DNA of 64,000 bases from assembly GCA_964016885.1 (NCBI GenBank), contig OZ024759.1, forward strand, positions 12,834,001 to 12,898,000, in the 5' to 3' direction. A program made the translations under genes and the position numbers. This DNA comes from Eledone cirrhosa. Its lineage: Eukaryota. This document shows positions 42,034-56,432 of the stretch, piece after piece (positions within the stretch are counted from its first letter, which is position 1; the number at the start of each line of letters is the position of its first letter). The notes beneath the pieces are model-generated. The model worked only from the letters and a program-made list of their open reading frames with translations. It was not told the DNA's origin and did no database searches.

Positions 42034-44285
42034 CTTAAACCTTTCATTACCATATTTCTTAATGAGAGACACTATGTCTTCAACCCTTCCATTACCATAT
42101 TTCTAATGAAAGACACTGTCTATGTAATTAACCCTTTCATTACCATATTTCTAATGAAAGACACTGTCTATGTCATTAACCCTTCCATTACCATATTTCT
42201 AATGCAAGACCCTATCTATGTCATTAACCCTTTCATTACCATATTTCTAATGAAAGACACTGTCTATGTCATTAACCCTTCCATTACCATATTTCTAATG
42301 AAAGACACTGTCTATGTCATTAACCCTTCCATTACCATATTTCTAATGAAAGACACTGTCTATGTCATTAACCCTTTCATTACCATATTTCTAATGAAAG
42401 ACACTGTCTATGTCATTAACCCTTCCATTACCATATTTCTAATGAAAGACCCTATCTATGTCATTAACCCTTTCATTACCATATTTCTAATGAAAGACAC
42501 TGTCTATGTCATTAACCCTTCCATTACAATATTTCTAAGGAAAGACACTGTCTATGTCATTAACCCTTCCATTACCATATTTCTAATGAAAGACACTGTC
42601 TATGTCATTAACCTTTTCATCTCCATATTTCTAATGAAAGACACTGTCTATGTCATTAACCCTTCCATTACCATATTTCTAATGAAAGACACTGTCTATG
42701 TCATTAACCCTTCCATTACCATATTTCTAATGAAAGACCCTATCTATGTCATTAACCCTTTCATTACCATATTTCTAATGAAAGACACTGTCTATGTCAT
42801 TAACCCTTCCATTACAATATTTCTAAGGAAAGACACTGTCTATGTCATTAACCCTTCCATTACCATATTTCTAATGAAAGACACTGTCTATGTCATTAAC
42901 CTTTTCATCTCCATATTTCTAATGAAAGACACTGTCTATGTCATTAACCCTTCCATTACCATATTTCTAATGAAAGACACTGTCTATGTCATTAACCCTT
43001 TCATTACCATATTTCTAATGAAAGACACTGTCTATGTAATTAACCCTTTCATTACCATATTTCTAATGAAAGACACTGTCTATGTCATTAACCCTTCCAT
43101 TACCATATTTCTAATGCAAGACCCTATCTATGTCATTAACCCTTTCATTACCATATTTCTAATGAAAGACACTGTCTATGTCATTAACCCTTCCATTACC
43201 ATATTTCTAATGAAAGACACTGTCTATGTCATTAACCCTTCCATTACCATATTTCTAATGAAAGACACTGTCTATGTCATTAACCCTTTCATTACCATAT
43301 TTCTAATGAAAGACACTGTCTATGTCATTAACCCTTCCATTACCATATTTCTAATGAAAGACCCTATCTATGTCATTAACCCTTTCATTACCATATTTCT
43401 AATGAAAGACACTGTCTATGTCATTAACCCTTCCATTACCATATTTCTAAGGAAAGACACTGTCTATGTCATTAACCCTTCCATTACCATATTTCTAATG
43501 AAAGACACTGTCTATGTCATTAACCTTTTCATCTCCATATTTCTAATGAAAGACACTGTCTATGTCATTAACCCTTCCATTACCATATTTCTAATGAAAG
43601 ACACTGTCTATGTCATTAACCCTTTCATTACCATATTTCTAATGAAAGACACTGTCTATATCATTAACCCTTCCATTACCATATTTCTAATGAAAGACCC
43701 TATCTATGTCATTAACCCTTTCATTACCATATTTCTAATGAAAGACACTGTCTATGTCATTAACCCTTCCATTACCATATTTCTAAGGAAAGACACTGTC
43801 TATGTCATTAACCCTTCCATTACCATATTTCTAATGAAAGACACTGTCTATGACATTAACCTTTTCATTTCCATATTTCTAATGAAAGACACTGTCTATG
43901 TCATTAACCTTTTCATTTCCATATTTCTAATGAAAGACACTGTCTATGTCATTAATCCTTTCATTACTATATTTCTAATGAAAGACATTGTCTATGTCAT
44001 TAACCCTTTCATTACCATATTTCTAATGAAAGACACTGTCTATGTCATTAACCCTTTCATTACTATATTTCTAATGAAAGACACTACCTATTTCATTAAC
44101 CCTTTCATTACTATATTTCAAATGAAAGACACTGTCTATGTCATTAACCCTTTCATTACTATATTTGAAATGAAAGACACTGTCTATGTCATTAACTCTT
44201 TCATTACCATATTTCTAATGAAAGACACTGTCTATGTCATTAACCCTTCCATTACCATATTTCTAATGAAAGACACTGTCTATGA
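42034..44285. repeat. 48-bp satellite, about 47 copies, built from the 5' terminus of MITE family M1
   Basis: Unit ATTAACCCTTTCATTACCATATTTCTAATGAAAGACACTGTCTATGTC; the MITE body continues at 44286-44412. Confidence 0.95.
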
Positions 44286-44567
44286 TTTTTTTTAAATAAA
44301 CAAATATTTAGAGTGATTTAGTAATATGACTAACTTTCTCATTAATAAGTTGGTATTTGGAACATAATTAACAATCATAAAATTAAGATGGAAGGTTTTT
44401 AGATAAATATAAAAAAATGTGAAGTGAAAGGAAATGTTTGGTACCCTGTGTTGTTGCTAAAGTATTTAAACTGAAGTTAGGTGTGGGCAGACTAAAACAC
44501 AATTTCATACACAACAGACACGCATACATATATATATCATTAACCCTTTAGCATTTACATTACTCTA

Positions 44568-44896
44568 TCATCATTTCATTTTACGTCCGCTTTTCCCTGC
44601 TTGCAAGGGTGGGACGGGAACTGATTCTGGCTTGATTTCTACAGCTGGATGCCCTTCCTAACACCAACCTCATTTACAGTGAGTGCTAGGTGCTTTTTTG
44701 CTGTGGCACCTACACGACCACTTTGCAGTGGAATGATAGGGACCTCAGTCCCTATCATCTCATTTCTACAGCTGAGTAAACTGGAGCAATGTGAAATAAA
44801 GTGTCTTGCTCAAGGAAACAACACATCACCCGGTCTGAGAATTGAACTCACAACCTTTCGATTGCAAGGCCAATGCTCTAACCACTAAGCCATGTG

Positions 44897-44900
<4 letters not shown>
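44568..44900 (-). mobile_element. SINE family A
   Basis: Family A sequence. Confidence 0.88.
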
Positions 44901-44976
<76 letters not shown>

Positions 44977-44979
<3 letters not shown>

Positions 44980-46212
44980 CGGCCTTAAAGTTAACTTGTC
45001 TAAGACTAAAGTTCTAGTTTGTAGAAAGGAAAATAGGGCACAGGTGCCCTCAGGGAAATGGCCATGCTCAGTGTGTAGGAAAGGAGTAGGCAGAAATTCC
45101 ATTTTATGTCTCAAATGCAAAGTATGGGTACATAAAAGATGTAGTGGGATCACAGGTAAACTATCTAAGAACGTAGACTTTATATGTGGCCAATGCTCAG
45201 GTGCAATAAGTAGCAAGTGTCCAAAGCATACTAGCTCCTTCTGTTGCCCAGATTGTTCTATTGAAATAGTAGACAATTTCCGTTACCTGGGTAACGAAAT
45301 CAGTAGTGGTGGAGGGTGTTCTGAAAGTACAGTAGCCAGAGTCAGAACGGGATGGAAAAAGTTCAGAGAGCTTATACCACTGTTGGCCACAAAAGGTTTC
45401 TCTCTAAAAATGAAAGGCAGATTGTATGATGCTTGTATACGAATAGCAATACTACATGGCAGTGAGACATGGGCATTGCGTGCAGAGGACCTGCGTAGAC
45501 TGGAAAGGAACGAAGCATGCATGCTCCGTTGGATGTGTAATAGTAATATACATGAACGGCAAAGCATAAATGAACTAAGTGAGAAATTAGGAATAAGAGG
45601 CATCAGATGCTGTTTACTTGAGAGAAGACTACGTTGGTATGGTCACGTGATGCGCATGAAAGACGACAGCTGCATAAAAAAGTGCGATCAAAATTGATGG
45701 TAGTTACGGAGTCGGTAGACGCAGAAAAACCTGGGACGATCTGATAAATTCCGACCTCACACACTTACATCACTCTAAGACAATGTCTCTGGATCGGGAT
45801 CTTTGGCGCTACACAGTAATACAGAAGACTCGCCTTGCCTATGTACAAAGCAAAACCTACAGTCAGTAGGCACCTCTTAACCAAATATACACCCCAATCC
45901 ACTACCCCTACGCTATCCGCCCACTCCCACCAACAGAACGAGAAAATGAGATCGAGATCGTGTAGGTGTCACGACAAAAAACACACACAGTCCACGCTGT
46001 AATGTGGCCGTGTAGGTAACACGGTAAAAAGTTCCCAGTTCCACACTGTAAATGTGGTTGGCGTTAGGAAGGGCATCCAGCCGTAGAAAACCTGCCAGAT
46101 AGTCCTATAAGAGCGAGGCACGGTCACCCGACCTGCCTTGCTTCAAGTGGGACAACTCCTGTCTAGCTCATGCTAGCGTGGAAAATGGCCGTTAAACGAA
46201 GATGATGATGAT
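44977..46212 (+). mobile_element. 5'-truncated RTE-clade LINE (RT C-terminal region with Cys-rich PHD-like insert, frameshift near 45690, 3'UTR)
   Basis: GLKVNLSKTKV...CSVCRKGVGRNSILCLKCKVWVHKRCSG...FRYLG...LHGSETW...RRLRWYGHVMR; (GAT)n tail. Confidence 0.9.
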
Positions 46213-46214
46213 AT

Positions 46215-46540
46215 ACAATATATTAAGAAATGGAAACTATATTTATAAAACCATAATTATTTTATTATATATATTTCAAGGGCAACCAAAGCATTCTTGG
46301 TGCGCTTTCATCAGACTATCCAGTGAACTTTCAACCGTCAAGGTTGTTTTTCCACGGTTATGTCAATATTTATAAAACAAATCTTGTATTTTATCTGATG
46401 AAAGCGCACCAAGAATGCCTTGGTTGTCCTTGAAATATATATAATAAAATAATTATGGTTTTATAAATATAGTTTCCATTTATTAATATATTGAATATTT
46501 ACTCCAGTAATCGGTTGAGTCCTTTATATCAGTTATAAAC
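46215..46540. mobile_element. Penelope-like fold-back element with about 100-bp inverted arms
   Basis: 46215-46315 is the reverse complement of 46394-46493. Confidence 0.75.
46387..46451 (+). ncRNA. Type-I hammerhead ribozyme (antisense partial copy at 46258-46314)
   Basis: UAUUUUAU-CUGAUGA-AAGCGCACCAAG...CUUGGUUGUCCUU-GAAA-UAUAUA-UA^AUAAAAUA. Confidence 0.78.
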
Positions 46541-46585
46541 TTTTAAGCTTGTTGCAATCCCAACAAATTAAATATAACTTCTGCA

Positions 46586-46650
<65 letters not shown>

Positions 46651-46654
<4 letters not shown>

Positions 46655-47645
46655 TCATCATCATCATCATCAGGTTTAGCGTCCGTGTTCCACGCTTGCA
46701 TGGGTTTGGACGGGGGTTTTCCCACTTGAGGCAAGAGTGGTTGTCTTGCTCGCATAGGACTGTCTGGCGGGTTTTCTACAGTTGGATGCCCTTCCTAACA
46801 CCAACCACATTTACAGTGTGGGGCTGGGAGGTTTTTACCGTGTTGCCTACACGGCCACATTACAGCGTGGACTGTCTGGCGGGTTTTCTACAGCTGGATG
46901 CCCTTCCTAACACCAACCACATTTACAGTGTGGGGCTGTGAGGTTTTTACCGTGTTGCCTACACGGCCACATTTACAGCGTGGACTGTGTGTTTTTTGTC
47001 GTGACACCTACACGATCTCATTTGTTTCGGCTTGGATGTTGTGGGACCAACATAACTGTACATTGAAAGGGGCGGTGTGGGTGGGGTGGAGGTGGTGGGA
47101 CGGGGGGGTGTTTTGATAGAGATGCCTACTGACTGTAGTAGGTTTTTACTTTGTATTTAGGTAAGGCGGGTCTTCTCTATTACTGAGTACCGCCAAAGGT
47201 CTCGGTCCAGTGACATTGTCTTGGAGAGGTGTAAGCGTGTGAGGTCGGAATTTATCAGCTCGTCCCATGTTTTTCTGGGTCTGCCTACTCCGTGGCTACC
47301 GTCTATCTTTATTGCCCTGCACTTTGTTATACAGCTGTCGTCTTTCATGCGCATCACGTGACCGTACCAACGTAGCCTTCTCTCGAGTAAACAACATCTG
47401 ATCCCTCTTATTTCTAATTTTTTCCTTAGTTCGTTTATGCTTTGCCGTTCACGTATATTACTATTGCACATCCAGCGGAGCATGCAAGCTTCGTTCCTCT
47501 CTAGTCTGCGTATATCCTCTGCACACAATGCCCAGGTCTCACTGCCATGCAGCATTGCTGTTCGTATGCAGGCATCGTATAACCTGCCTTTCATTTTTAG
47601 GGAGAACCCTCTAGCGGCTAATAGTGGTATAAGCTCTCTGAACTT
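46651..47645 (-). mobile_element. 5'-truncated RTE-clade LINE
   Basis: ORF 47157-47594 KGRLYDACIRTAMLHGSETW...GRPRKTWDE; same family as 44977. Confidence 0.9.
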
Positions 47646-47839
47646 ATATAATTTTCACAGTAACGGCTTTACTTCACGTAATATCTCACATAATATCGAA
47701 TCTACGAGACTTTGATATTATTTATTTTGAGAACAATACCTTAATGTCAGTATGAGTGGCCAATTACAGCTGGTTTGAACAGAAAGAGGTGAGAGAATTC
47801 TGGCCGGATACAGCCGGTTTAAATGCTAATGGGTTAAAG

Positions 47840-48340
47840 AGAGGTGATATCGGTAGAGCGTCAGACACCAAGCTTTGCAGCAGAGAGTTATAGCGCTTCA
47901 TGTTCTGAGTTCAAATACCGTCTTTAATGTTTCCTTAATGTGAACCCTGTGTGGCTGATAAAGAAATCATTATTATTTGGCAAGGGCGGTGGATTGACAG
48001 TATCGGTAGAGGGTCGGACGCCATGCTTTCCAGCATAGAGTTATGGCCCTTTATGGTCTGAGTTCAAATCCCGCCGAGGTTAACTTTTCCTTTCATCCTT
48101 ACGGGGGTCGATAAATTAAAGCACCAGTAATACACTGGGGTAATTGCTGGCCTTGTGCAAAAAGTAGAAACAATTATTACAGGGTGGTGGATTGGCAATA
48201 TCGGTAGAACATTGGACAACAGGCTCTGCGACATACTTAGGGTCCCTTATATTTTGAATGCAAATTCCATCAAGGTTAGCTTTGCTTTTCATCCTTACAA
48301 GGCGTCGATAAATGTAAGTACCAGTAATGCACTGGGCTGA
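47840..48340 (+). mobile_element. Tandem SINE family B copies with a Tx1-like tail fragment at 47920-47977
   Basis: Family B motifs; GTCTTTAATGTTTCCTTAATG...AAAGAAATCATTATT matches 3487-3540. Confidence 0.7.
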
Positions 48341-50224
48341 TTAAACCCTTTAATGTTCAAACCGGCCAAAACCGGCCAGAATTCTCTACCTCATTCTGTT
48401 GAAACTGGCTGTAACTGGCCACTTATACTGATGTTAAGGTATTGTTCTCAAATTAAATAACATCAAAATCTCATAGATTCGATATTATGTGAGATATTAT
48501 GTGAGGTAAAGCCTTTACTGTGACAATACAATAGTATATATAGAGTAATGTAAATGTTATGTGAGATATTATGTGAGGTAAAGCCTTTACCATGAAAATA
48601 CAATATTATATATAGAGTAATGTAAATGTTATGTGAGATATTATGTGAGGTAAAGCCTTTACTGTGAAAATACAATAGTATATATAGAGTAATGTAAATG
48701 TTATGTGAGATATTATGTGAGGTAAAGCCTTTACTGTGAAAATACAATAGTATATATAGAGTAATGTAAATGTTATGTGAGATATTATGTGAGGTAAAGC
48801 CTTTACTGTGAAAATACAATAGTATATATAGAGTAATGTAAATGTTATGTGAGATATTATGTGAGGTAAAGCCTTTACTGTGAAAATACAATAGTATATA
48901 TAGAGTAATGTAAATGTTATGTGAGATATTATGTGAGGTAAAGCCTTTACTGTGAAAATACAATAGTATATATAGAGTAATGTAAATGTTATGTGAGATA
49001 TTATGTGAGGTAAAGCCTTTACTGTGAAAATACAATAGTATATATAGAGTAATGTAGATATTATGTGAGATATTATGTGAGGTAAAGCCTTTACTGTGAA
49101 AATACAATAGTATATATAGAGTAATGTAAATGTTATGTGAGATATTATGTGAGGTAAAGCCTTTACTGTGAAAATACAATAGTATATATAGAGTAATGTA
49201 GATATTATGTGAGATATTATGTGAGGTAAAGCCTTTACTGTGAAAATACAATAGTATATATAGAGTAATGTAAATGTTATGTGAGATATTATGTGAGGTA
49301 AAGTGTTTACTGTGAAAATACAATAGTATATATAGAGTAATGTAAATGTTATGTGAGATATTATGTGAGGTAAAGCCTTTACTGTGACAATACAATAGTA
49401 TATATAGAGTAATGTAAATGTTATGTGAGATATTATGTGAGGTAAAGCCTTTACCATGAAAATACAATATTATATATAGAGTAATGTAAATGTTATGTGA
49501 GATATTATGTGAGGTAAAGCCTTTACTGTGAAAATACAATAGTATATATAGAGTAATGTAAATGTTATGTGAGATATTATGTGAGGTAAAGCCTTTACTG
49601 TGAAAATACAATAGTATATATAGAGTAATGTAAATGTTATGTGAGATATTATGTGAGGTAAAGCCTTTACTGTGAAAATACAATAGTATATATAGAGTAA
49701 TGTAAATGTTATGTGAGATATTATGTGAGATAAAGCCTTTACCATGAAAATACAATAGTATATATAGAGTAATGTAAATGTTATGTGAGATATTATGTGA
49801 GGTAAAGCCTTTACTGTGAAAATACAATAGTATATATAGAGTAATGTAAATGTTATGTGAGATATTATGTGAGGTAAAGCCTTTACTGTGAAAATACAAT
49901 AGTAAATATAGAGTAATGTAAATGTTATGTGAGATATTATGTGAGGTAAAGCCTTTACTATGAAAATACAATAGTATATATAGAGTAATGTAAATGTTAT
50001 GTGAGATATTATGTGAGGTAAAGCCTTTACTGTGAAAATACAATAGTATATATAGAGTAATGTAAATGTTATGTGAGATATTATGTGAGGTAAAGCCTTT
50101 ACTATGAAAATACAATAGTATATATAGAGTAATGTAAATGTTATGTGAGATATTATGTGAGATAAAGCCTTTACCATGAAAATACAATAGTATATATAGA
50201 GTAATGTAAATGCTAAGGGGTTAA
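48341..50224 (+). mobile_element. MITE family M2 containing a 72-bp satellite (48482-50212, about 24 copies)
   Basis: Ends TTAAACCCTTTAATGTTCA / AAATGCTAAGGGGTTAA; unit ATGTGAGATATTATGTGAGGTAAAGCCTTTACTGTGAAAATACAATAGTATATATAGAGTAATGTAAATGTT. Confidence 0.85.
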
Positions 50225-50519
50225 TTGGCATCCCCTCAAGTTAAAATTGCGAAACAATTATTATTATTACTAGGTATCTATACCCTCGAATCTGGTTCAA
50301 GCTTAACCGTAGGGCTTACATGTCATAATATATACACTCAACTTTCATTTAAGTATCCAGTATTAAGTTGAATAATAGTCATAATTAGTAATACACACAC
50401 ACTTCTATATATGTATTTATATATCTGTCTGTGTATGTAATGTGTGTATATATGTATATGTGTATATGTGAGTGTGTGATTAGTCATACTTAAAACACAT
50501 TGTTTAAAATAGTCTGCGT

Positions 50520-50522
50520 GTA

Positions 50523-50553
<31 letters not shown>

Positions 50554-50566
50554 CATCATCATTTTA

Positions 50567-50600
<34 letters not shown>

Positions 50601-51509
50601 GTAAAATGAGACACGCATATGTATATATATATATATATATAATACATACATAGATAGATAGATATACATACACACACAGACAAACACATATATATATAGA
50701 TATACATACACACACATATATATATACATAGATATACATACACACATACACATATATTTACATACATACACACACACACATATATATATATATACATAGA
50801 TATATATACACACACACACATATATATATATATACATACACAAACACACACACATATATATATACATAGATATATATAGACACACACACACACATATATA
50901 TATATATACATACATACATACACACATATATATATACATACACACATACACACATATATATATACATACACACACACATATATACATACACACACATATA
51001 TATATACATACACACATATATATACATACACACATAATTAATGTATGTATATATAAATATAACTATTAGATAATAACAGTGAAAAGTGAATATTAAGAAC
51101 AATATATAGACATGATGTGTGTATATATCTGGGTTTGTATAAAATCACTATTATAATGAGCATGTATATACACATACACAGACACGTGAATGTGTATATG
51201 TGTGTTTGTGTGTATATATGTGTGTGTATATATACGTATGCATACACATATATGTACATACATAAATACATATATACAAATATATATACATATATAAATA
51301 CATATATACATACATGGTTATGTATATATATACATATTCATACATACACATATATATATATACATATATACATAGTCATACATACATATATATATATACA
51401 TATATACATAGTCATACATACACACATATATATATATACATATTCATACATACATATATATATATATATACATATTCATACATACATACATATATATACA
51501 TATTCATAC

Positions 51510-51558
<49 letters not shown>

Positions 51559-52051
51559 AGTGGCTTAGCAAAAAGGAAGTGAACCATAATTGAATATATA
51601 TATATATACATATATATACATAGTCATACATACATACATATATATATATACATATTCATACATATATACATAGTCATACATACATATACATATATATATA
51701 CATAGTCATACATACATATATATATATATACATATATATATATACATATTCATACATACATATATATATATATATATACATATATACATAGTCAAACATA
51801 CATATATATATATACATATTCATACATACATATATATATATACATATATACATATTCATACATACATACATATATATATATACATATATACATATTCATA
51901 CATACATACATATATATATATATATACATATATACATAGTCATACATACATACATATATATATACATATTCATACATATATATATATATATACATATATA
52001 CATATTCAAACATACATATATATATATATACACATATAATCATATTCATAC

Positions 52052-52128
<77 letters not shown>

Positions 52129-52299
52129 GTAGGAGGTGAGTTTTATTGTAGTACAATAAAGCAATGCAGATATCGGATAAGAAGCACTCTACAGTTTGTA
52201 GGACTGGAGTATACATAATATAAGATCAAAAGATGGTTAAAATATATAACCATATATAACCATCAAAAGATGGTTAACATATTAACCATCTTTTGATCT

Positions 52300-52343
<44 letters not shown>

Positions 52344-52462
52344 CAATTCATGTTTATCAATGAACTTAATCCCATCGACAAAATACATATACACATACAT
52401 GTATACATACGTTGTCGCAAATAGACACGCACATATATATATATATTTACACACACAAACAC

Positions 52463-52513
<51 letters not shown>

Positions 52514-52957
52514 TACACGTGCATACAAACATATTCATATACATCCATACATACATATATATATCACACATATATACATACACACACATATATGTGTACA
52601 TACACACATATATATATATGTAAATAAACATATGCATACACCACACATATACACACACACATATATATATGTGCACACACACATATACATACACACACAC
52701 ATATATATACACACACATATGTATATACACATATACACACATACATATACACACAAATACACACATAAATACACACACAAATACACACACATATACACAT
52801 ACATAAATACATATACATGTCAATACCTGAGTAAAAATAACTTGAAACTACATATATATGTACAGGGTGTCCCCTAAAAATGTATGCACACTTCAATAGT
52901 ACACTAACCCAAGTGTGTATACATTTTTGGGGGACACGCTGTATATAAACATCATAT

Positions 52958-52996
<39 letters not shown>

Positions 52997-53633
52997 TTAG
53001 ATATACACACAGACATACATACATATACACATCCATGCAAAGATATACATACATGTATACATATATACTTACATACATACACATACATTTATACACATAC
53101 GCATATATACATATACGCATATATATATACGCATATATACATATACGCATATATACATACACACACACATATATATACACACACATATGTATATACACAC
53201 ATACACACATATATACATACACACATACATATACACACAAATACACACATAAATACACACACAACGCATATATACATAAATATAATTATACGCATATATA
53301 CATATATACAAAGAGACAAACACGCCCACATGCACACACATACATACATAGATACACACACGTGTTGTTGTATGGGAGAGGGTGGTGGTGGTGGGAACGT
53401 GTGTTGTGCGGCGTAAGATTGAACATCAAAGACAAACAACAATGTGAGATAGATAGAGTGTGTGTGTGTGAGAGAGAGAGAGTGTGAGTGTGTGTGTGTG
53501 TGTGACAGAAAGATTGTGTGTGTGTGAAGGAGAGAAAGAAAAAGAGAGCGTGCGTGTGTGTGAGATAGTGTGGGTGGGTGTGTGAGAAATAAAGAGAGAA
53601 ATAAAGAGAGAAATAAAGAGAGAAAGAGAGATA

Positions 53634-53669
<36 letters not shown>

Positions 53670-53671
53670 TA

Positions 53672-53704
<33 letters not shown>

Positions 53705-54158
53705 AGAGTGAGAGACAAAGAAAGAGAGATAGTGTGTGAGAGAGAGAGAGATAGATAGATAGACAGAGAGAGAGAGAGAGAGAGAGAGATTATTAGCATT
53801 AAAATATAATTAATTGAAGTAAAAAATAAATTTACCTTTGGTATAAAAACAAAGAAAGAGATGTTACTAGCGCAACATAGAGAGACCGTCTGGTAGAATA
53901 TACGGTGTGTATATAGGTGTGTGTGTGTATAATGCGTGTATGTGTGTGCTGTATAATGCGTGTATGTGTGTGCTGTATAATGCGTGTATGTGTGTGTGTG
54001 TATGTTGTATGGCGCGTGCCTGTGTGCGTATGTATTGTGTGTCTGTGTGTATATATATGGTGTATGTATATATGTGTGTATGGTTCGTGTATGTGTGTAT
54101 ATATAGAAAGAGAGAGAGAGATTGATGCGGAGGCAAGTATGAAGAAAGATGGAATGGT

Positions 54159-54230
<72 letters not shown>

Positions 54231-54422
54231 GAGGGAGGTTGGGGGAAGGACAAGAAAGGATAAAGAAAGACAATAAGAAGTATCGAGAATGTGTGAAGAC
54301 GTCTGAGGAGAGAGAGAGAGGCTGGGGGTGAGAGAGAGAACGATAGCTATCTAGATTTAAAGATAGGCAGATAGATAAACAGACAGACAGATAAGCGGCA
54401 ATGGAGAGAAAGACAGAGAGAG

Positions 54423-54507
<85 letters not shown>

Positions 54508-55257
54508 GATGCCAAAAGGTAAACTTCCGTGAAGACACTTGAATAGAAAATGAGGAGACTGAGAGTGAGAGAGAGAGAGGTGTGAGAGTGTTATTGTGTC
54601 TGTGAGTGTGTATGTTTGTGTATATGTATGTGTATGTACGTGAGAGTGTGTGCAAGTGTGTGTACGTGAGTGTGCAAGTGTCATATGTGTACGTGTGTAT
54701 GTATGTGTGTGTACGTGAGTGTGCAAGTGTGATATGTGTACAAGTATGTATACGTGTGTATGTATGCGTGTGTACGTGAGTGTACAAGTATGTGAGAGTG
54801 TGTATGTATGTGTGTGTGCGTGAGAGTGTGTATGTATGCGTGTGTACGTGAGTGTGCAAGTGTCATATGTGTACAAGTATGTGAGAGTGTGTATGTATGT
54901 GTGTACGTGAGGGTGAGTGTACGTGTGTATCTGTATGTAAGTGTGTGTGTGTATGATACAAAGGGTTATAGAGGTGGTGGGAGGTAAAACACAATAAACT
55001 TAGCAGCAGCAGTAATAGCAGCAGCAGCAGCAATAGCAGCAGCAGCAGCAGTAATAGCAGCAGCAGTAGTAGTAGTAGTAGTAGTAGCAGCAGCAGTAGT
55101 AGTAGCAGCAGCAGCAATAGCAGCAGTAGTAGTAGTAGTAACAGTAGTAGTAGCAGCAGCACTAATAGTAGTAGCAGCAGCAGTAGTAGTAGTAGTAGTA
55201 GCAGCAGCAGCAGCAGTAATAGTAGTAGTAATAGTAGTAGTAGTAATAGTAGTAGTG

Positions 55258-55289
<32 letters not shown>

Positions 55290-55995
55290 AGTATTAACAG
55301 CAGCAGTCTTCAGTATGTCCAAAGTAGCCCCTCTCTCCGTCGATCGAAGCCCGAGTCCCTATATCAAAACACAACTCCATCACCACCACCCTACAAATAG
55401 ACAACACAACACCGCTCTACACAACACAACAGCACCCTACATAACACCACCACACCACAACCCCACCACCCTACACAACACCACCACACCCCCACCACCC
55501 TACACAACAGCACCCTACACACCACAACCCCACCACCACACCACAACCCCACCACCCTACACCACACCCCCACCACCACCACACCACAACCCCACCACCC
55601 TACACAACACCACCACACCACAACCCCACCACCTTACACAACAACACCACCACTGCCCTAGACAACAACAAAACACCACCACTACCACCCTACACACCAC
55701 CACCACCACAACATCACCACCACCCTATATAACAACAAAACACCACTACTACCACCCTACACAACACCACAACACCACCCTATACAACAACAAAACACCA
55801 CCACCACCACCACCATACACAACAACACCACACCACCACCACTGCCCTACACAACAACAAAACACCACCACTACCCTACACAACAACACCACACCACCGC
55901 CACAACACCAGCACTGCCCTACACAACACCACACCATGCTACACAACACCACACCACCCTACACAACACCACAACACCACAACAACAACACCATC
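50520..55995. repeat. Extended microsatellite region: (TA/CA)n, (GA)n, (AGC/AGT)n, (CAC)n
   Basis: Direct; all ORFs here are low-complexity. Confidence 0.9.
52863..52941. mobile_element. Tiny Tc1/mariner-type MITE (79 bp)
   Basis: TA|CAGGGTGTCCCCTAAAAATGTATGCACACTT...AAGTGTGTATACATTTTTGGGGGACACGCTG|TA. Confidence 0.8.
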
Positions 55996-56161
55996 AAAAG
56001 ACTGTAAAACCAACCGTTGTGTTTGTAAGAGGCAACAGAAAGATGTATATAACAGAGGAAGTAAAATCCGTGACCACCTCTCCTTTGGAACGACTCTGCT
56101 CTTGGAAATCATAGCAAGCTGCAGTTATTTTCTTTGTTTTCTATGATGATGAAGATGATGA

Positions 56162-56193
<32 letters not shown>

Positions 56194-56432
56194 TGTGTTA
56201 TACTGCAGGTCTATACTGAGATATACATATATATATGTAGATAAATCTACCAAGAGTTTACGGTATATATATATATATATAATATATATATTATTAGGTA
56301 TAGAATTATCCAAGATGTAGTAATGGTTAATTACTACACTGGATATGGTTGACGTACGGTAAGAGGTTACTCTACGAGTTATGGAAGAATTGTTGAAGAA
56401 ACTTAGTTCCTGATCCTTCAGTATTCCGGAGT

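Larger units (their letters stand above)
44540..47837 (-). mobile_element. TTAA-flanked MITE (family M2) split by a 3.1-kb nested insertion
   Basis: TTAACCCTTTAGCATTTACATTACTCTAT at 44540-44568; remainder at 47646-47837 ending AAATGCTAATGGGTTAA; both parts match the 48341-50224 copy. Confidence 0.75.

Noticed and set aside
42106-50231. 729-aa and 574-aa repeat ORFs
   Set aside because: Translations of 48-bp and 72-bp satellite units whose lengths are multiples of 3.
53830-53900. Possible RNF41 5'UTR exon (AAG|GTAAAT donor on minus)
   Set aside because: Only a donor-like hexamer; no independent support.
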